From the sequence record PZ445517.1: a DNA stretch of 64,000 nucleotides; one strand, written 5' to 3'. Under the pieces are notes generated by a model, which had not been told where the DNA came from, did no database searches, and worked only from the letters and a program-made list of their open reading frames with translations. The position numbers and the translations under genes were made by a program. This DNA comes from a phage. Below are positions 20,044-30,155 of the stretch, piece after piece. Position 1 is the first letter of the stretch, and the number at the start of each line of letters is the position of its first letter.

Positions 20044-20513
20044 TTTAAACTCTTTCTAAGCTGCTTCTTAAATGAAGCTATTAATTGTGTTTTAGTGTCA
20101 GATTCATTATATTCAAATCCTCTTTGAAGCATCTCAGCCATCATTTCCTCTTTTCCTAAACGAGAAAATTCCTTTGATTTATCTCCAACGAAGTTAGGGT
20201 GAATATTATTTTGGGTGTAATCGGATTTTAAATAAGTAAGTAAATTTTCTAACCATTCAAGATAATCAACGCCTTGTCCCTTTAAGCCGGAACGATTAAA
20301 TTTGTGCTTCATTTGACCTTCCGCAGCATTGCAAAGATTACAGAGCAATCCACGTACCTTTCCTGCTTTTGGTCCATTTAATTCATGGTCATGGTCAAGG
20401 TGATTAGCTTGAACATCAGGATTTAGTTCTCGTTGGCAAATTAAGCATTTACCATTTTGTGCATTATAAAATTTTTGTTTTTCTTCTTTATATAATTTGC
20501 CAGTCAATAACAT
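20040..20513 (-). CDS. 49: endonuclease VII (Holliday junction resolvase) gp49
   Basis: 157 aa, T4 gp49 length; zinc-binding CxxC...CxxC and HLDHDHELNGPK His-Me finger. Confidence 0.9.
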   Translation of the reverse strand: MLLTGKLYKEEKQKFYNAQNGKCLICQRELNPDVQANHLDHDHELNGPKAGKVRGLLCNLCNAAEGQMKHKFNRSGLKGQGVDYLEWLENLLTYLKSDYTQNNIHPNFVGDKSKEFSRLGKEEMMAEMLQRGFEYNESDTKTQLIASFKKQLRKSLK

Positions 20514-20561
20514 AATAAAACCCTTACCTTAAATAGATAAGGGTATTTATTATTTCAAGTA

Positions 20562-21026
20562 TTAAAACGCTCGGTCAGAAAAAGAAATTTGAGTTTCAAG
20601 CCATTCAATATATTCTGCCGCGGCTTGCATTAAATTTCCTTCATAACCATCGTTATTTTCTTGTGCAGCTAATTTAGCTAATGCATATGAAATGCGTTCA
20701 CCTTGAAAAGCGGCTTTAGGTTTATGAATAACTTGATCAACTCGTTCTACGACCTCTTCAATTTCGCCATTTTCTACTGATTCAGTATTCCACAAGCACC
20801 AATACGTAATTGGCTTATCGTAGATGTTAATAATCTTTCCATCAGAAAGTTCAATTTCAATAATTCCAGTATCAGGTTCTATATCATCTTCGCATTCTTT
20901 TGCAAGTTCACGAACTTTAAAGACAGTACCTGCACTAAGTTCCGGCCAATAATTACACAGCCCTTTATCAGCACGATTAATTCTAAACCACTTATCTACT
21001 GTAATCATGCCCCATCTCCATATCAA
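20562..21026 (-). CDS. hypothetical protein (pin position)
   Basis: 154 aa ORF downstream of 49; identity with Pin not verifiable. Confidence 0.5.
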   Translation of the reverse strand: MIWRWGMITVDKWFRINRADKGLCNYWPELSAGTVFKVRELAKECEDDIEPDTGIIEIELSDGKIINIYDKPITYWCLWNTESVENGEIEEVVERVDQVIHKPKAAFQGERISYALAKLAAQENNDGYEGNLMQAAAEYIEWLETQISFSDRAF

Positions 21027-21131
21027 TTAAGTCATTTATCGTTGGTTCATTATATACTGTTTCTTCATCAGTGTAAACCGGTTCTTCCGGCTCTGGCTCT
21101 ACTGTTTCCCATCTAGCCGCCCACCAAGGTT

Positions 21132-21452
21132 TTATAGCGTAATCCATTCTCGTACTGTCTGAGTTACTACACGTTCACAGGGCTCGACTAGTTCAACAGT
21201 CGGAACTGCATAATACCAGTCAGAATGGTAAGAACCTGAGCGAGATTCATTTACAGACACATGAACGTTATGTTTTGGACTAAAATAAACGCACTGCCGA
21301 TATTGGCATTTGCCATCTTGTACCCAATCTTCTATTTCGATAGGTTTAAGATAATCCGAAAAATCGAAATCATAATTTTCTGAAAATGCATCGTGGTCTT
21401 CGATGATTTCACTCAGAACTGCATCAATATCTAATTTATTTTCAATATTCAT
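21132..21452 (-). CDS. hypothetical acidic protein
   Basis: 106 aa ORF. Confidence 0.5.
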   Translation of the reverse strand: MNIENKLDIDAVLSEIIEDHDAFSENYDFDFSDYLKPIEIEDWVQDGKCQYRQCVYFSPKHNVHVSVNESRSGSYHSDWYYAVPTVELVEPCERVVTQTVREWITL

Positions 21453-21462
21453 TTTTCACCAA

Positions 21463-21657
21463 TTAATTTCGCAATTTATTAAGTTCTTCATAATCAATCC
21501 AGGATTCTAGTCCTGACGGCAAATCAGATTCAATTTCCCAAAGAAGCTCTTCAATTTTCTGAAGACGATCTAATTCTTCAGCTGGAATAGTAACCATTGA
21601 TGGAGTTCTTGATACACTAATATCGTAAATCATATTTACCCCAGTTTGACCATACAA
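21463..21657 (-). CDS. hypothetical protein
   Basis: 64 aa ORF. Confidence 0.4.
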   Translation of the reverse strand: MYGQTGVNMIYDISVSRTPSMVTIPAEELDRLQKIEELLWEIESDLPSGLESWIDYEELNKLRN

Positions 21658-21851
21658 TCACCGTATTTCCACTTAGAAATAGACTTTTCACCATTAGAAT
21701 AATAAACTTCAAGTTTAGCACGATTATTTTTAATTTGAATAACCTTGGCTGTCATCAAAGTTCCATACCCATAGTAAACTGCAACTTCATCACCTACATA
21801 TACCGCGCTTCCGCGGTAATCGTGAATATAGTCAGTTCCTTCGAGCATCAT
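21636..21851 (-). CDS. hypothetical protein
   Basis: 71 aa ORF. Confidence 0.45.
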   Translation of the reverse strand: MMLEGTDYIHDYRGSAVYVGDEVAVYYGYGTLMTAKVIQIKNNRAKLEVYYSNGEKSISKWKYGDCMVKLG

Positions 21852-22111
21852 TTAAAATATTCTCGCAGTTGGTCAAATCCACCAATATGACTTCCATCAG
21901 GAGCAAATACCTGAGGCATTGTCAAGCCGATTTGAGTATCACGACCTAGTTTCGTTAGAAGCTCAGCGATTTTCTCATCATCAAAAACACCTTTTTCCGG
22001 CATAATGTTGATAAATTCAAACGGCTGTTTCTTCACGGTCAAAAGACGTTTTGCATTATCGCAATACACACATTTGTGAATGTTGCTATCATAACCATAT
22101 ACTTTAAACAT
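21848..22111 (-). CDS. nrdC: thioredoxin/glutaredoxin NrdC
   Basis: 87 aa; MFKVYGYDSNIHKCVYCDNAKRLL with CVYC active site matches remembered T4 thioredoxin. Confidence 0.93.
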   Translation of the reverse strand: MFKVYGYDSNIHKCVYCDNAKRLLTVKKQPFEFINIMPEKGVFDDEKIAELLTKLGRDTQIGLTMPQVFAPDGSHIGGFDQLREYFK

Positions 22112-22112
22112 A

Positions 22113-22370
22113 TTATTCCTTAATTCCTAGTACTTGTTTAAAAGTCTCGTCATAATCAAGACTTTGGCCCGTTTGTTCTTTATGTTTGTATATAATATCA
22201 CTTACTTCTGATAGCATATTTTTATATGAACGAGTTAAAGCAGATTTAAGCACGCTGTATCTATCAGGAAATTTACCATGTTCATTATAATAAGCTATTG
22301 CTAATTCACGGACTGCCTTTTCAGCAGTCTCCATATATTCTTTACGCTTGGTCATTTTCTTCTCTGTCAA
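22113..22370 (-). CDS. hypothetical protein
   Basis: 85 aa ORF. Confidence 0.5.
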
Positions 22371-22638
22371 ATCGGTGTTTACAATGACGACATTTATAAC
22401 GAAGATTACTAGTCTGCCAATGAACTAATTGTACCTGTTCAGTACCGCATTCAGGACAATTAGGAACGCTTTTAGAAGCCCTTTCGCGACGTTCAACCAT
22501 AGCCATAATGGCATCCCAAGCTGGAGGTTTAAAATCTAAATCGTCAGTAACTAGCAGTCCTTTATCAAACCCAGCGCATGGAGTCCATTCAGGAAAATCT
22601 GAAGCTTCGGCAATATCTTCTAATAAACGCTTTTTCAT
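22342..22638 (-). CDS. zinc-ribbon protein
   Basis: CPECG...CRHCKH paired CxxC motifs. Confidence 0.5.
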
Positions 22639-23561
22639 TTCAGTACCTCAATAGCATCACGTAAACCATTTGCTTTGGCGGTTAAAGCCTTAATAACTTT
22701 AGTATGCTCTTCAATCTGTTTTTCAACTTCAATCAAACGGGCACTGAGATATTCGCGTTCTTCTTTCATAGTATCATTCCCATGATTGGGCTTTGGCGTA
22801 GATTTAAATTTACTAGGGTCCTTTAACTTAATAACAACTTTAGTTTCAAACAGTGAAAGACCATAATTTGTATTATCATCAAAGGATTCAACTACGTCCA
22901 TTTTAGATAATAACGTGCGAAGATTATAAGTCAAAGAACGAATCGTTTTATTATGTTTATTAGCTTCGCACGGTTTCATATATGGAAGATTTTTATATAT
23001 TTCATGCGGAGCACAAACAATAATTGACAATTCAAATGGTCCATTCTGTGATGATGGAATGAATTTAGCTGTAACCCAATCTTTTACATTTACATTAATA
23101 GTACGGTCATCGCCATGACAAAACAGTCTACGAGAATGCTTAAAAAGCATATTCACGTTATTATTAAATTCATGTGAAAACTCACTAGCAAATTTTTCTT
23201 TACTATTTTTAGAAAACCATTCTTCTAAATAAGTTCTTTTCACGTCATTAATAATATTAAATGTAACAACATTAGCATTTGATACATTAGTCTCAATGTA
23301 GCTTGGATACATAAATTTTTTAACATTATTAACAGCTATCACAGAAGATAGTAATCGGGAACGTTTGAACCACTCTAGCAAAGAACCAAGAGAATGTGAA
23401 TATGCATTTTGTGTATCTTTACAAATATGGTTTTCCCATCCAATATAGTCTAAAAAATCACGAAGAATATTATTGATTACTGCTCTGTGTCCAATCTGAT
23501 AACTACGGTGTTTAGTAATAAGACTGTCAAAATAATCAATATAATGTTTACGAGTTTTCAT
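22635..23561 (-). CDS. paralog family member 1 (C-terminal coiled coil)
   Basis: 308 aa; N-terminus MKTRKHYIDYF; C-terminal heptad-rich helix; one of four tandem paralogs. Confidence 0.6.
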   Translation of the reverse strand: MKTRKHYIDYFDSLITKHRSYQIGHRAVINNILRDFLDYIGWENHICKDTQNAYSHSLGSLLEWFKRSRLLSSVIAVNNVKKFMYPSYIETNVSNANVVTFNIINDVKRTYLEEWFSKNSKEKFASEFSHEFNNNVNMLFKHSRRLFCHGDDRTINVNVKDWVTAKFIPSSQNGPFELSIIVCAPHEIYKNLPYMKPCEANKHNKTIRSLTYNLRTLLSKMDVVESFDDNTNYGLSLFETKVVIKLKDPSKFKSTPKPNHGNDTMKEEREYLSARLIEVEKQIEEHTKVIKALTAKANGLRDAIEVLK

Positions 23562-23613
23562 GTTCTTCTCACTTGGTTAATGATTTATGCTCCGAGCCAT
23601 CCTTGGCTTTAAA

Positions 23614-24645
23614 TTACTTAATTAACTGTAAAGCTTGTTCAAGACGATCCAGGCGATTAACAGATTCTTCCCAAATCTTTTTAGCCTGCTCATATTCTTT
23701 CTGCGCTTTATTAGAAATTTCTAGAACTTCTTTATAAGCTTTTTCTAATGCAATAACTTCTGGACGAATTTCTGCCGGTTCAGGCGAATCATCAAGATTA
23801 TCCATTAGTTCCTCAAGGGTAGTTTCTTCTTTAGGAGTATTCACAATTTCATCACATTTTTGTTGGTAAATTTCTTTATCAGTCGGTGAGTACGCACACT
23901 TTACTTCACGAAGACTAACTACAATTTTATATCCTTCCCAACCGCATATATTCTTAAAAGGATATGTATGAATATTTTCTACTGTTTCCATACAAAGTAA
24001 TGCAGTCTCTAACTGACGAGTTATAGTGCTAGCAATTGAGAAAAATTTATTAATATTCTTTTGGTTAGCGTTTGGTGTAAAAAATCCATAATTCACAAAA
24101 ATAGCTACTTTATTTTCATCAAGCTCATATTCTTTTACGATAATCATATCAGAAGCCAAAGGATGAATTTGACGATAATCGCCATAACATAATTTAGAAG
24201 CTGATTTTAGAATTTGTCCTTTGAAAAGTCTGAAATTACTAATCCAACGACGAGTAAAAATATTCTCAGGGTCTTCTTTATTATTAAGATGATAAGAATT
24301 AACATCACCGAACCAATTATATCCTACTACATCTTTGGTTCGTTTAATTTCTTTCCCAAAATTACCAAGAATATCCCGATTAACCAAATATGAAAGAAGA
24401 CGAGACTCTTTAAAAGTTTTCTTGATAACATCTTTATCTACACGGCTAGAAATTTTACGAATTTCATGAATAAATTTAGTAGAAGAAACAATACTTGCAT
24501 CAACACTATTGAGCCATTGATTGATAATAGAAAGAACGATATTTTGACCAAACATCGGTATAGCTTTATCATCAATAACGCTATTGAATGATTTGATATA
24601 TTCGTTACGAGTCATATTAATCTCCTCATTAGAAAGTAAGAACAT
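23614..24645 (-). CDS. paralog family member 2 (C-terminal coiled coil)
   Basis: 343 aa; same architecture as neighbours. Confidence 0.6.
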   Translation of the reverse strand: MFLLSNEEINMTRNEYIKSFNSVIDDKAIPMFGQNIVLSIINQWLNSVDASIVSSTKFIHEIRKISSRVDKDVIKKTFKESRLLSYLVNRDILGNFGKEIKRTKDVVGYNWFGDVNSYHLNNKEDPENIFTRRWISNFRLFKGQILKSASKLCYGDYRQIHPLASDMIIVKEYELDENKVAIFVNYGFFTPNANQKNINKFFSIASTITRQLETALLCMETVENIHTYPFKNICGWEGYKIVVSLREVKCAYSPTDKEIYQQKCDEIVNTPKEETTLEELMDNLDDSPEPAEIRPEVIALEKAYKEVLEISNKAQKEYEQAKKIWEESVNRLDRLEQALQLIK

Positions 24646-24672
24646 TATACCACATCCTTGTGGCGAAGTAAA

Positions 24673-25698
24673 CTAGTTTAGTGCATTTAGTGCATTGTTC
24701 AGTTTAGAACGTTGCTTTGTCAGATTTTGAACCCTTGACTGAGCTTGTTCTAACACCTTTTCAGCTTCTAGCACTTCATTGGTCGCTTTAACGAGTTCAT
24801 CATCTACTGCCTTAAGAGACTTCTCAATCGCGTCAGCGTGCCATTTTTCTACAGGTTTAAGACTCGGATTTTCAACAGGAAGAAAATTCACTTTATTGAA
24901 TTTCCATGCATCATTATTACCTGAACTATACATCCAAAATTTAGAATCGTTTGATGAGTAATTGGATAAATTTAAATTTAAATTATCTTGCACTTCTTGC
25001 TTTTTCTCTTGCGGGACTTCGTCCTTTCTCAAAAAATCGTATTTAAATGAAACGATCATATCAAGTTCATATGTTGTCGTATCTAACTTAAATCGTTCAA
25101 AACGAGGTAAAATCTTAGATTGAACAGCAGCAACAACATCCATATACTTAAATGCTTCTGTCAACTGTGATTTAAGGCATTCACAAATTGAAAGAGAATT
25201 TTTTGTATTAGGTTTAAAGCTAATTCGTGCAGTTCTATTATTTTCTTTTAACGGTCTTACTTCCATCTGAAGAGTATAACCATCAAATTTCAGATTCTTT
25301 AAGTTAATATCAGAACCTTTTAATCGACTAGCCGTAGACAAAATTTGCTTTAATTGTTTACGGAATAGAGCAATAAATCTCCATTCAAGACGATAATGAT
25401 TTGGATTAAAAAATCCTGTTGATAAATCAACCTTACTCTGACCAACGCCTTGAACAAATAGAGGATTTTTATAATCAATAGTTTTACAGAAATCGGTGAG
25501 CTGCTCACGAGCAGTCATTTGTGTAATATATCCCGCTTTACTAAAATGACGTAACCATTCACTGCTATTCATATACTTAAAGTGAATATCACGATTAACT
25601 TTATCAGGGTCTAAATTATTTTGGCACAAAAATGTCATAACATTACGTGTATAGCTAGCATTACGAACCATATCTTCAATTTGAGAACGAGTTTTCAT
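24673..25698 (-). CDS. paralog family member 3 (C-terminal coiled coil)
   Basis: 341 aa; N-terminus MKTRSQIEDM. Confidence 0.6.
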   Translation of the reverse strand: MKTRSQIEDMVRNASYTRNVMTFLCQNNLDPDKVNRDIHFKYMNSSEWLRHFSKAGYITQMTAREQLTDFCKTIDYKNPLFVQGVGQSKVDLSTGFFNPNHYRLEWRFIALFRKQLKQILSTASRLKGSDINLKNLKFDGYTLQMEVRPLKENNRTARISFKPNTKNSLSICECLKSQLTEAFKYMDVVAAVQSKILPRFERFKLDTTTYELDMIVSFKYDFLRKDEVPQEKKQEVQDNLNLNLSNYSSNDSKFWMYSSGNNDAWKFNKVNFLPVENPSLKPVEKWHADAIEKSLKAVDDELVKATNEVLEAEKVLEQAQSRVQNLTKQRSKLNNALNALN

Positions 25699-25706
25699 GG
25701 TGTTCC

Positions 25707-26615
25707 TTAAGATTTAAGTAAATCAACAATTTTAATTAATTTTTCACGCTCAGATTTAGCTTTACTACTCAGTCCAGATAGTCTGAAAATTTCATCATCA
25801 TATTGCTGAATAGAAATATTCAGCTCTTCAATCTGCTTATTAAAATAATCAATTTGTTCAGAATGTTTTTCGTTACTACGAACTGGTACAGGTTTTGTAG
25901 GCAATTTAGTTGAACTGGATTCATCCGGGCGATAAATTAAAATACAACTTGAACCAATAGGGCATTTTGCACCAGATGAATATTCTAATGTTCCGGCTTC
26001 TTTTAAAACTTCAAAAGCTAAACAGAGATGATGACCCATATTGACATAATCTGTAGAGCGAGCTCTGATGTAATAATCATCTCCGCGAATACTAAATTTA
26101 AAGCATTTAAGGTCTTCTGTATTATTGGTCTTAAAAATCATTTGTTTATCTAGACCTTTAGCTAATCGAGCGCCTAATGCTAATAATCGTCGTTGATTTT
26201 CCCACAAATCCGCAATCATTTGATCAAATGATAATTTCGGCATTAGTCGACCATAAAGGTCGTATCCTTTATTATAATTGCGAAGGATTTCACTCGCATT
26301 AATACGAGACAATGCTCCAATTTTATTAAGGGCTTTCATGATGCGATTAGATAAACCCATTCCAGACCCGTTTGTTCGTTGTAAATGTTTATCTAATCCA
26401 AACCCAATATCAACTTTAAATTTATCTAAAATTTCAGCATGAACATCTCTGTCAATAACATTCAAATCCAAAGTTGGGTTAAATCTATGAAAAAATTTAT
26501 CTGGCTCTCCACGACGAAGTACAGTCCATTCATTCAATTTTTTATTAACTAAAGATTTAATTACTGCATTGACATTATTAATTACGACTGACATATTTTC
26601 CTCACTCAATTTCAA
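25707..26615 (-). CDS. paralog family member 4 (C-terminal coiled coil)
   Basis: 302 aa. Confidence 0.6.
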   Translation of the reverse strand: MKLSEENMSVVINNVNAVIKSLVNKKLNEWTVLRRGEPDKFFHRFNPTLDLNVIDRDVHAEILDKFKVDIGFGLDKHLQRTNGSGMGLSNRIMKALNKIGALSRINASEILRNYNKGYDLYGRLMPKLSFDQMIADLWENQRRLLALGARLAKGLDKQMIFKTNNTEDLKCFKFSIRGDDYYIRARSTDYVNMGHHLCLAFEVLKEAGTLEYSSGAKCPIGSSCILIYRPDESSSTKLPTKPVPVRSNEKHSEQIDYFNKQIEELNISIQQYDDEIFRLSGLSSKAKSEREKLIKIVDLLKS

Positions 26616-26648
26616 TTTTACTAAATACGCAGAATATGATGGAAAAGA

Positions 26649-27011
26649 CTATATAAGCACCACACACACAGATTGAACTAATACCATTCCAAAGAACCAA
26701 ACAATATTATCAAACAATGTCTGTTTTACGTCGAAAGGACGTAAACTTACAGTAATATTATCGCCTTTTTCTATTGATGAATACATCTCTGGGGAAATAT
26801 ATTCGCTAAATCTATAACCGTCATTGAGTTCATATACAGCAATAAACGATAAACTAGATCCCTTTCCTTGAGTTCCTGTAAGGGTATTAACTACAGTAAC
26901 ATCATAATCTTTATAATGCATATAATCATTAATTGCGTAATAACCATATGCAATTACTATACATAAACAACATATCAATAAATTCAATCTTTTAATTATC
27001 AACTGTTTCAT
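26649..27011 (-). CDS. membrane protein
   Basis: 120 aa with N- and C-terminal hydrophobic helices. Confidence 0.55.
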   Translation of the reverse strand: MKQLIIKRLNLLICCLCIVIAYGYYAINDYMHYKDYDVTVVNTLTGTQGKGSSLSFIAVYELNDGYRFSEYISPEMYSSIEKGDNITVSLRPFDVKQTLFDNIVWFFGMVLVQSVCVVLI

Positions 27012-27035
27012 AATAATCTCAGTTAAAAGGGCTTA

Positions 27036-27060
27036 GAACCATTATACCATCCTTGGTATA
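27036..27060 (-). promoter_or_regulatory. extended -10 promoter (TGGTATAAT) embedded in hairpin with AGGA loop
   Basis: Plus ttataccatccttggtataa is an 8-bp inverted repeat; minus strand reads TGGTATAAT about 30 nt upstream of ATG 27011. Confidence 0.35.
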
Positions 27061-27066
27061 AAGCGG

Positions 27067-27594
27067 TTATGCGAGTACCGTCTTTAACCGTTCTTCAAAC
27101 TTCCGAAGAGTATTCTGGCGTTCAGCTCTTTGCTTTTTGTAAGTTTCAATACGCTCTGAAATGAGAGTGTATCGTTCATTTACTGATTCTTTCATAAAAT
27201 CAGGAATTTCACGAGAAGATTTAATCTCGTCAAATTTATCAATAACAGCTTGCTCTTCAGCAATTAAGTTATCATACATCAAAATATCTTTCTTGATGAA
27301 CTCAATATCTTCTTGAGTTACACGAGATAATTTAGATGCTTTATCCTTTTTGTACTGTTCATTAGTATCACGAGACCAGTGTAATGTACGATTTTTATTC
27401 GTATTTTTGTAAATTTCTACAATACCGATCTCATCAATAATAACGATCCAATTCCAACGAGATTTGTAAATTTGTCCTCCATCAACCGTGATTTCACCTC
27501 CGATTGAGATGTCATTAAAGAACTTGCTTTGTGCTTCAGATTTAAATTTACCATCATTGTAGTTTACCAAGTTGAAAATATCTTTAGCATTCAT
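27067..27594 (-). CDS. hypothetical protein (175 aa)
   Basis: ATG 27592-27594 with GGAGG SD; track N-terminal extension is translated promoter DNA. Confidence 0.55.
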   Translation of the reverse strand: MNAKDIFNLVNYNDGKFKSEAQSKFFNDISIGGEITVDGGQIYKSRWNWIVIIDEIGIVEIYKNTNKNRTLHWSRDTNEQYKKDKASKLSRVTQEDIEFIKKDILMYDNLIAEEQAVIDKFDEIKSSREIPDFMKESVNERYTLISERIETYKKQRAERQNTLRKFEERLKTVLA

Positions 27595-27617
27595 TTTCTG
27601 TTCCTCCGTAGTTGATA

Positions 27618-27655
27618 GTTGTATAGTACCACAGAGGAACGGTCTTGTAAACAAC
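27618..27655 (-). promoter_or_regulatory. T4-type early promoter
   Basis: gttgatagttgtatagtaccac ... gtaaac block. Confidence 0.6.
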
Positions 27656-27969
27656 TAAAAGAAACTTCTTTCACAATTTTTTCCACTGAACCACGCGCTC
27701 ACTGCTTTCTTAGTCTCAGGAGCAGTGTTATCCATAAACCATTCAAAGGCAGCCTTTTTATGATTCTGGAGAGCTTCTCGGGCTTTAATCTGCTCACGGT
27801 CTATTAACACTAACATATGAGCCTTTCTTGTCACCAAGGGCTTCTTATGATTCTTGGAGTATTCCCAGTCATTTGTCCAACGCATTGTCGTTGCGAACTG
27901 AAATACTGCTTCTTTAATTTTAATTTCGTAAATTTCACGAGCCTTTGAGTATAACATCATTACCTCCAT
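27655..27969 (-). CDS. hypothetical protein
   Basis: 104 aa ORF. Confidence 0.5.
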   Translation of the reverse strand: MEVMMLYSKAREIYEIKIKEAVFQFATTMRWTNDWEYSKNHKKPLVTRKAHMLVLIDREQIKAREALQNHKKAAFEWFMDNTAPETKKAVSAWFSGKNCERSFF

Positions 27970-28058
27970 TTACCAGTTTAATTCTAGTCATCTTTTTGAT
28001 GGCAGTCCATATAATCTATTTCTGAACTGCCTTTTTGTCATAGAAGGCCTCTTATGAA

Positions 28059-29039
28059 TTATTTCAGAAGAGTAACCTCAGCAATTTCTTCCCAACCATT
28101 TTTGTCGGTCATAATAAAGTCAGCAAGATAAAGAGCAGTACGCAGTGAAACATTGCGTAAACGATTAACATTGACTTTCATCCATGATAATGCTTTATAA
28201 GTTTCTTCATCAGAAAGACCGCGCTTTTGCATCATGTCAGTTGAAAGAATAACATCTTCAACCCTGACCATAATTTCTTCATTAGTGTGAACACCCAAAT
28301 CCAAATAAACCGAGCGGGACACTAATGCTTGTAAGTGTGGGGCAAGTTTAGTACCACGGTCTAATTCGCGGTCAATGTCAACGTTTGTGATAAAAACAAT
28401 CGTTCCTTTAAATTCAAACTCACGCTCAATGCCTTTTTCTTCTAAGTAAGAAGATGCAGTGCTCCAGCAGACTTTACGGGTCTCTCCAGTGTCCAGAGCA
28501 GCTTTCAGAAGATTAAGAATGTCCATATCAGAGAAAACATCCACATCATCAATCAAAAGGACAGAATTCTCTTCACGATTATTCCAAAGCTGCTCATAAA
28601 GACCAATACCAGAGATTTTACCATTAATGCTTTTATATTCAATGTATCCATTATCATTTGCTTTATTTAAAGCTTTATCTAAAGAATACGTTTTACCAAT
28701 ACCTGCTGCGCCAGAGATAATTAATGAACGAATATTTCCATTAATAATACCATTCGTCATCATTCCCATAACATTAAATCTTTTATTAATGCGGGTTTTC
28801 ATATCTTCATATGATTCTTTAACTTCTTCAACTTTTACACCATCATATGAAATATCTGATTTGTAAACCCAAACACCACGACGTTTACCGTCAATTTCAA
28901 CAAAAACTTTACCATCTCCTTGTGCATCTACCGGAGCATTATCTGGGAACCATTCGCCTAAGAGCTCAAAAGTTCCAGAGATTTCTTTACCGAAGTAGAT
29001 ACCCTTATTGATAGTTACAGTTTTCATTTTATTCTCCAA
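28059..29039 (-). CDS. AAA+/P-loop ATPase
   Basis: Walker A GAAGIGKT, Walker B LLIDDVD; 326 aa; own early promoter upstream. Confidence 0.7.
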   Translation of the reverse strand: MENKMKTVTINKGIYFGKEISGTFELLGEWFPDNAPVDAQGDGKVFVEIDGKRRGVWVYKSDISYDGVKVEEVKESYEDMKTRINKRFNVMGMMTNGIINGNIRSLIISGAAGIGKTYSLDKALNKANDNGYIEYKSINGKISGIGLYEQLWNNREENSVLLIDDVDVFSDMDILNLLKAALDTGETRKVCWSTASSYLEEKGIEREFEFKGTIVFITNVDIDRELDRGTKLAPHLQALVSRSVYLDLGVHTNEEIMVRVEDVILSTDMMQKRGLSDEETYKALSWMKVNVNRLRNVSLRTALYLADFIMTDKNGWEEIAEVTLLK

Positions 29040-29057
29040 ATCTGTATCAGTTGATAG

Positions 29058-29095
29058 TTGTATAGTACCATAAAGCTTTATGCTTGTAAACAGTT
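29058..29095 (-). promoter_or_regulatory. T4-type early promoter
   Basis: gttgatagttgtatagtacca ... gtaaacagttttgtgaaaaa. Confidence 0.6.
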
Positions 29096-29120
29096 TTGTG
29101 AAAAAATTTTGAAATAAAAA

Positions 29121-29140
29121 AGGGAGCCCGAAGGCTCCCT
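29121..29140 (-). terminator. UUCG-type hairpin (GGGAGCC-UUCG-GGCUCCC)
   Basis: agggagcccgaaggctccct right after stop of 29142..30155. Confidence 0.5.
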
Positions 29141-29141
29141 A

Positions 29142-30155
29142 TCATTTATAATAACTTCGGTGGTTTTCAAGATAAACCCTCTCAAGGAAGTCATCCCAGA
29201 AACCCATGTCTACTTTTTGCTGCATACCGTTTTTAGAAGCTTCAATGGATGCTGCTTCTACTTGATCGACAACATCTTCCAAAAACTCTTGAACCGTTTT
29301 AAATGGATGTTTACCCAACTTCACGTCGAGAATAAATGGAGCATCTTGGAGTGGATAAACCAAGTCACCAGTTTTGTAAATTTCCAATAGTTGGAGCCCG
29401 CCACGGCAAGCATGACTTAGAGCTTTCCAATCAATGCCTTCATTCGCTTCAGCTTTACGAGCGCGTTCACCATATTCAGCATCAAGTTTATTCAAAGACT
29501 GCTTAAGCTCAATAAGAGAAAGCGTTGTCTGATATTTACGACCCAACACAGTATAGAACGTTTGCGGGCCTGTTTTCTCATGATTATGGAATACCCATTC
29601 GCAGAATTCGTTTTCTGGAAGACGGTGTTTAATATCTGCAATTTTAGTACGACGTTGTCCTTGTGTTCCATCTTCTCGGTAATCAACCCACTGATCGGGG
29701 ATTTGATTAACTACTTTCAATACATCACGCAATGCGGCCAAACGAGAACCCTTAACACCATATTTAGAAGCTTGCTTGCGGACATATCCTAAATAGGATT
29801 TCATGTTAGTCGTATAAAAACGAGAACGATTGTCTTGGATAAATTTCCACACATCAGGTAAATCAGATTTAACCACTAGTTCAGGTGGAGTGTGAAGCAT
29901 ATCCAATGCTACAGTTTCACCATCTGCTGCTAATTTAAAGAAATACTTAAGACTGTATAGTTCATGGTCAATATCATCTTTAGTGTTTTTAGATGATGTG
30001 TTGTTAGTGTTTTTACTCATATGCTCTTTAACATTTCCGATAAGAATATCGCGAGCAGGAGGAACAAAGATTTCTTTAAAATCCACATCAGATTCTGGAG
30101 TAGAAGTTCCATAAAGATGACTACCAAAATAGCTTTTCATTACTGTTTTCATCAT
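29142..30155 (-). CDS. nucleotidyltransferase-fold protein (Pol-beta superfamily-like)
   Basis: N-terminal GSHLYGTSTPESDVDF (GS-x9-DxD) motif typical of minimal nucleotidyltransferases; 337 aa. Confidence 0.55.
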   Translation of the reverse strand: MMKTVMKSYFGSHLYGTSTPESDVDFKEIFVPPARDILIGNVKEHMSKNTNNTSSKNTKDDIDHELYSLKYFFKLAADGETVALDMLHTPPELVVKSDLPDVWKFIQDNRSRFYTTNMKSYLGYVRKQASKYGVKGSRLAALRDVLKVVNQIPDQWVDYREDGTQGQRRTKIADIKHRLPENEFCEWVFHNHEKTGPQTFYTVLGRKYQTTLSLIELKQSLNKLDAEYGERARKAEANEGIDWKALSHACRGGLQLLEIYKTGDLVYPLQDAPFILDVKLGKHPFKTVQEFLEDVVDQVEAASIEASKNGMQQKVDMGFWDDFLERVYLENHRSYYK

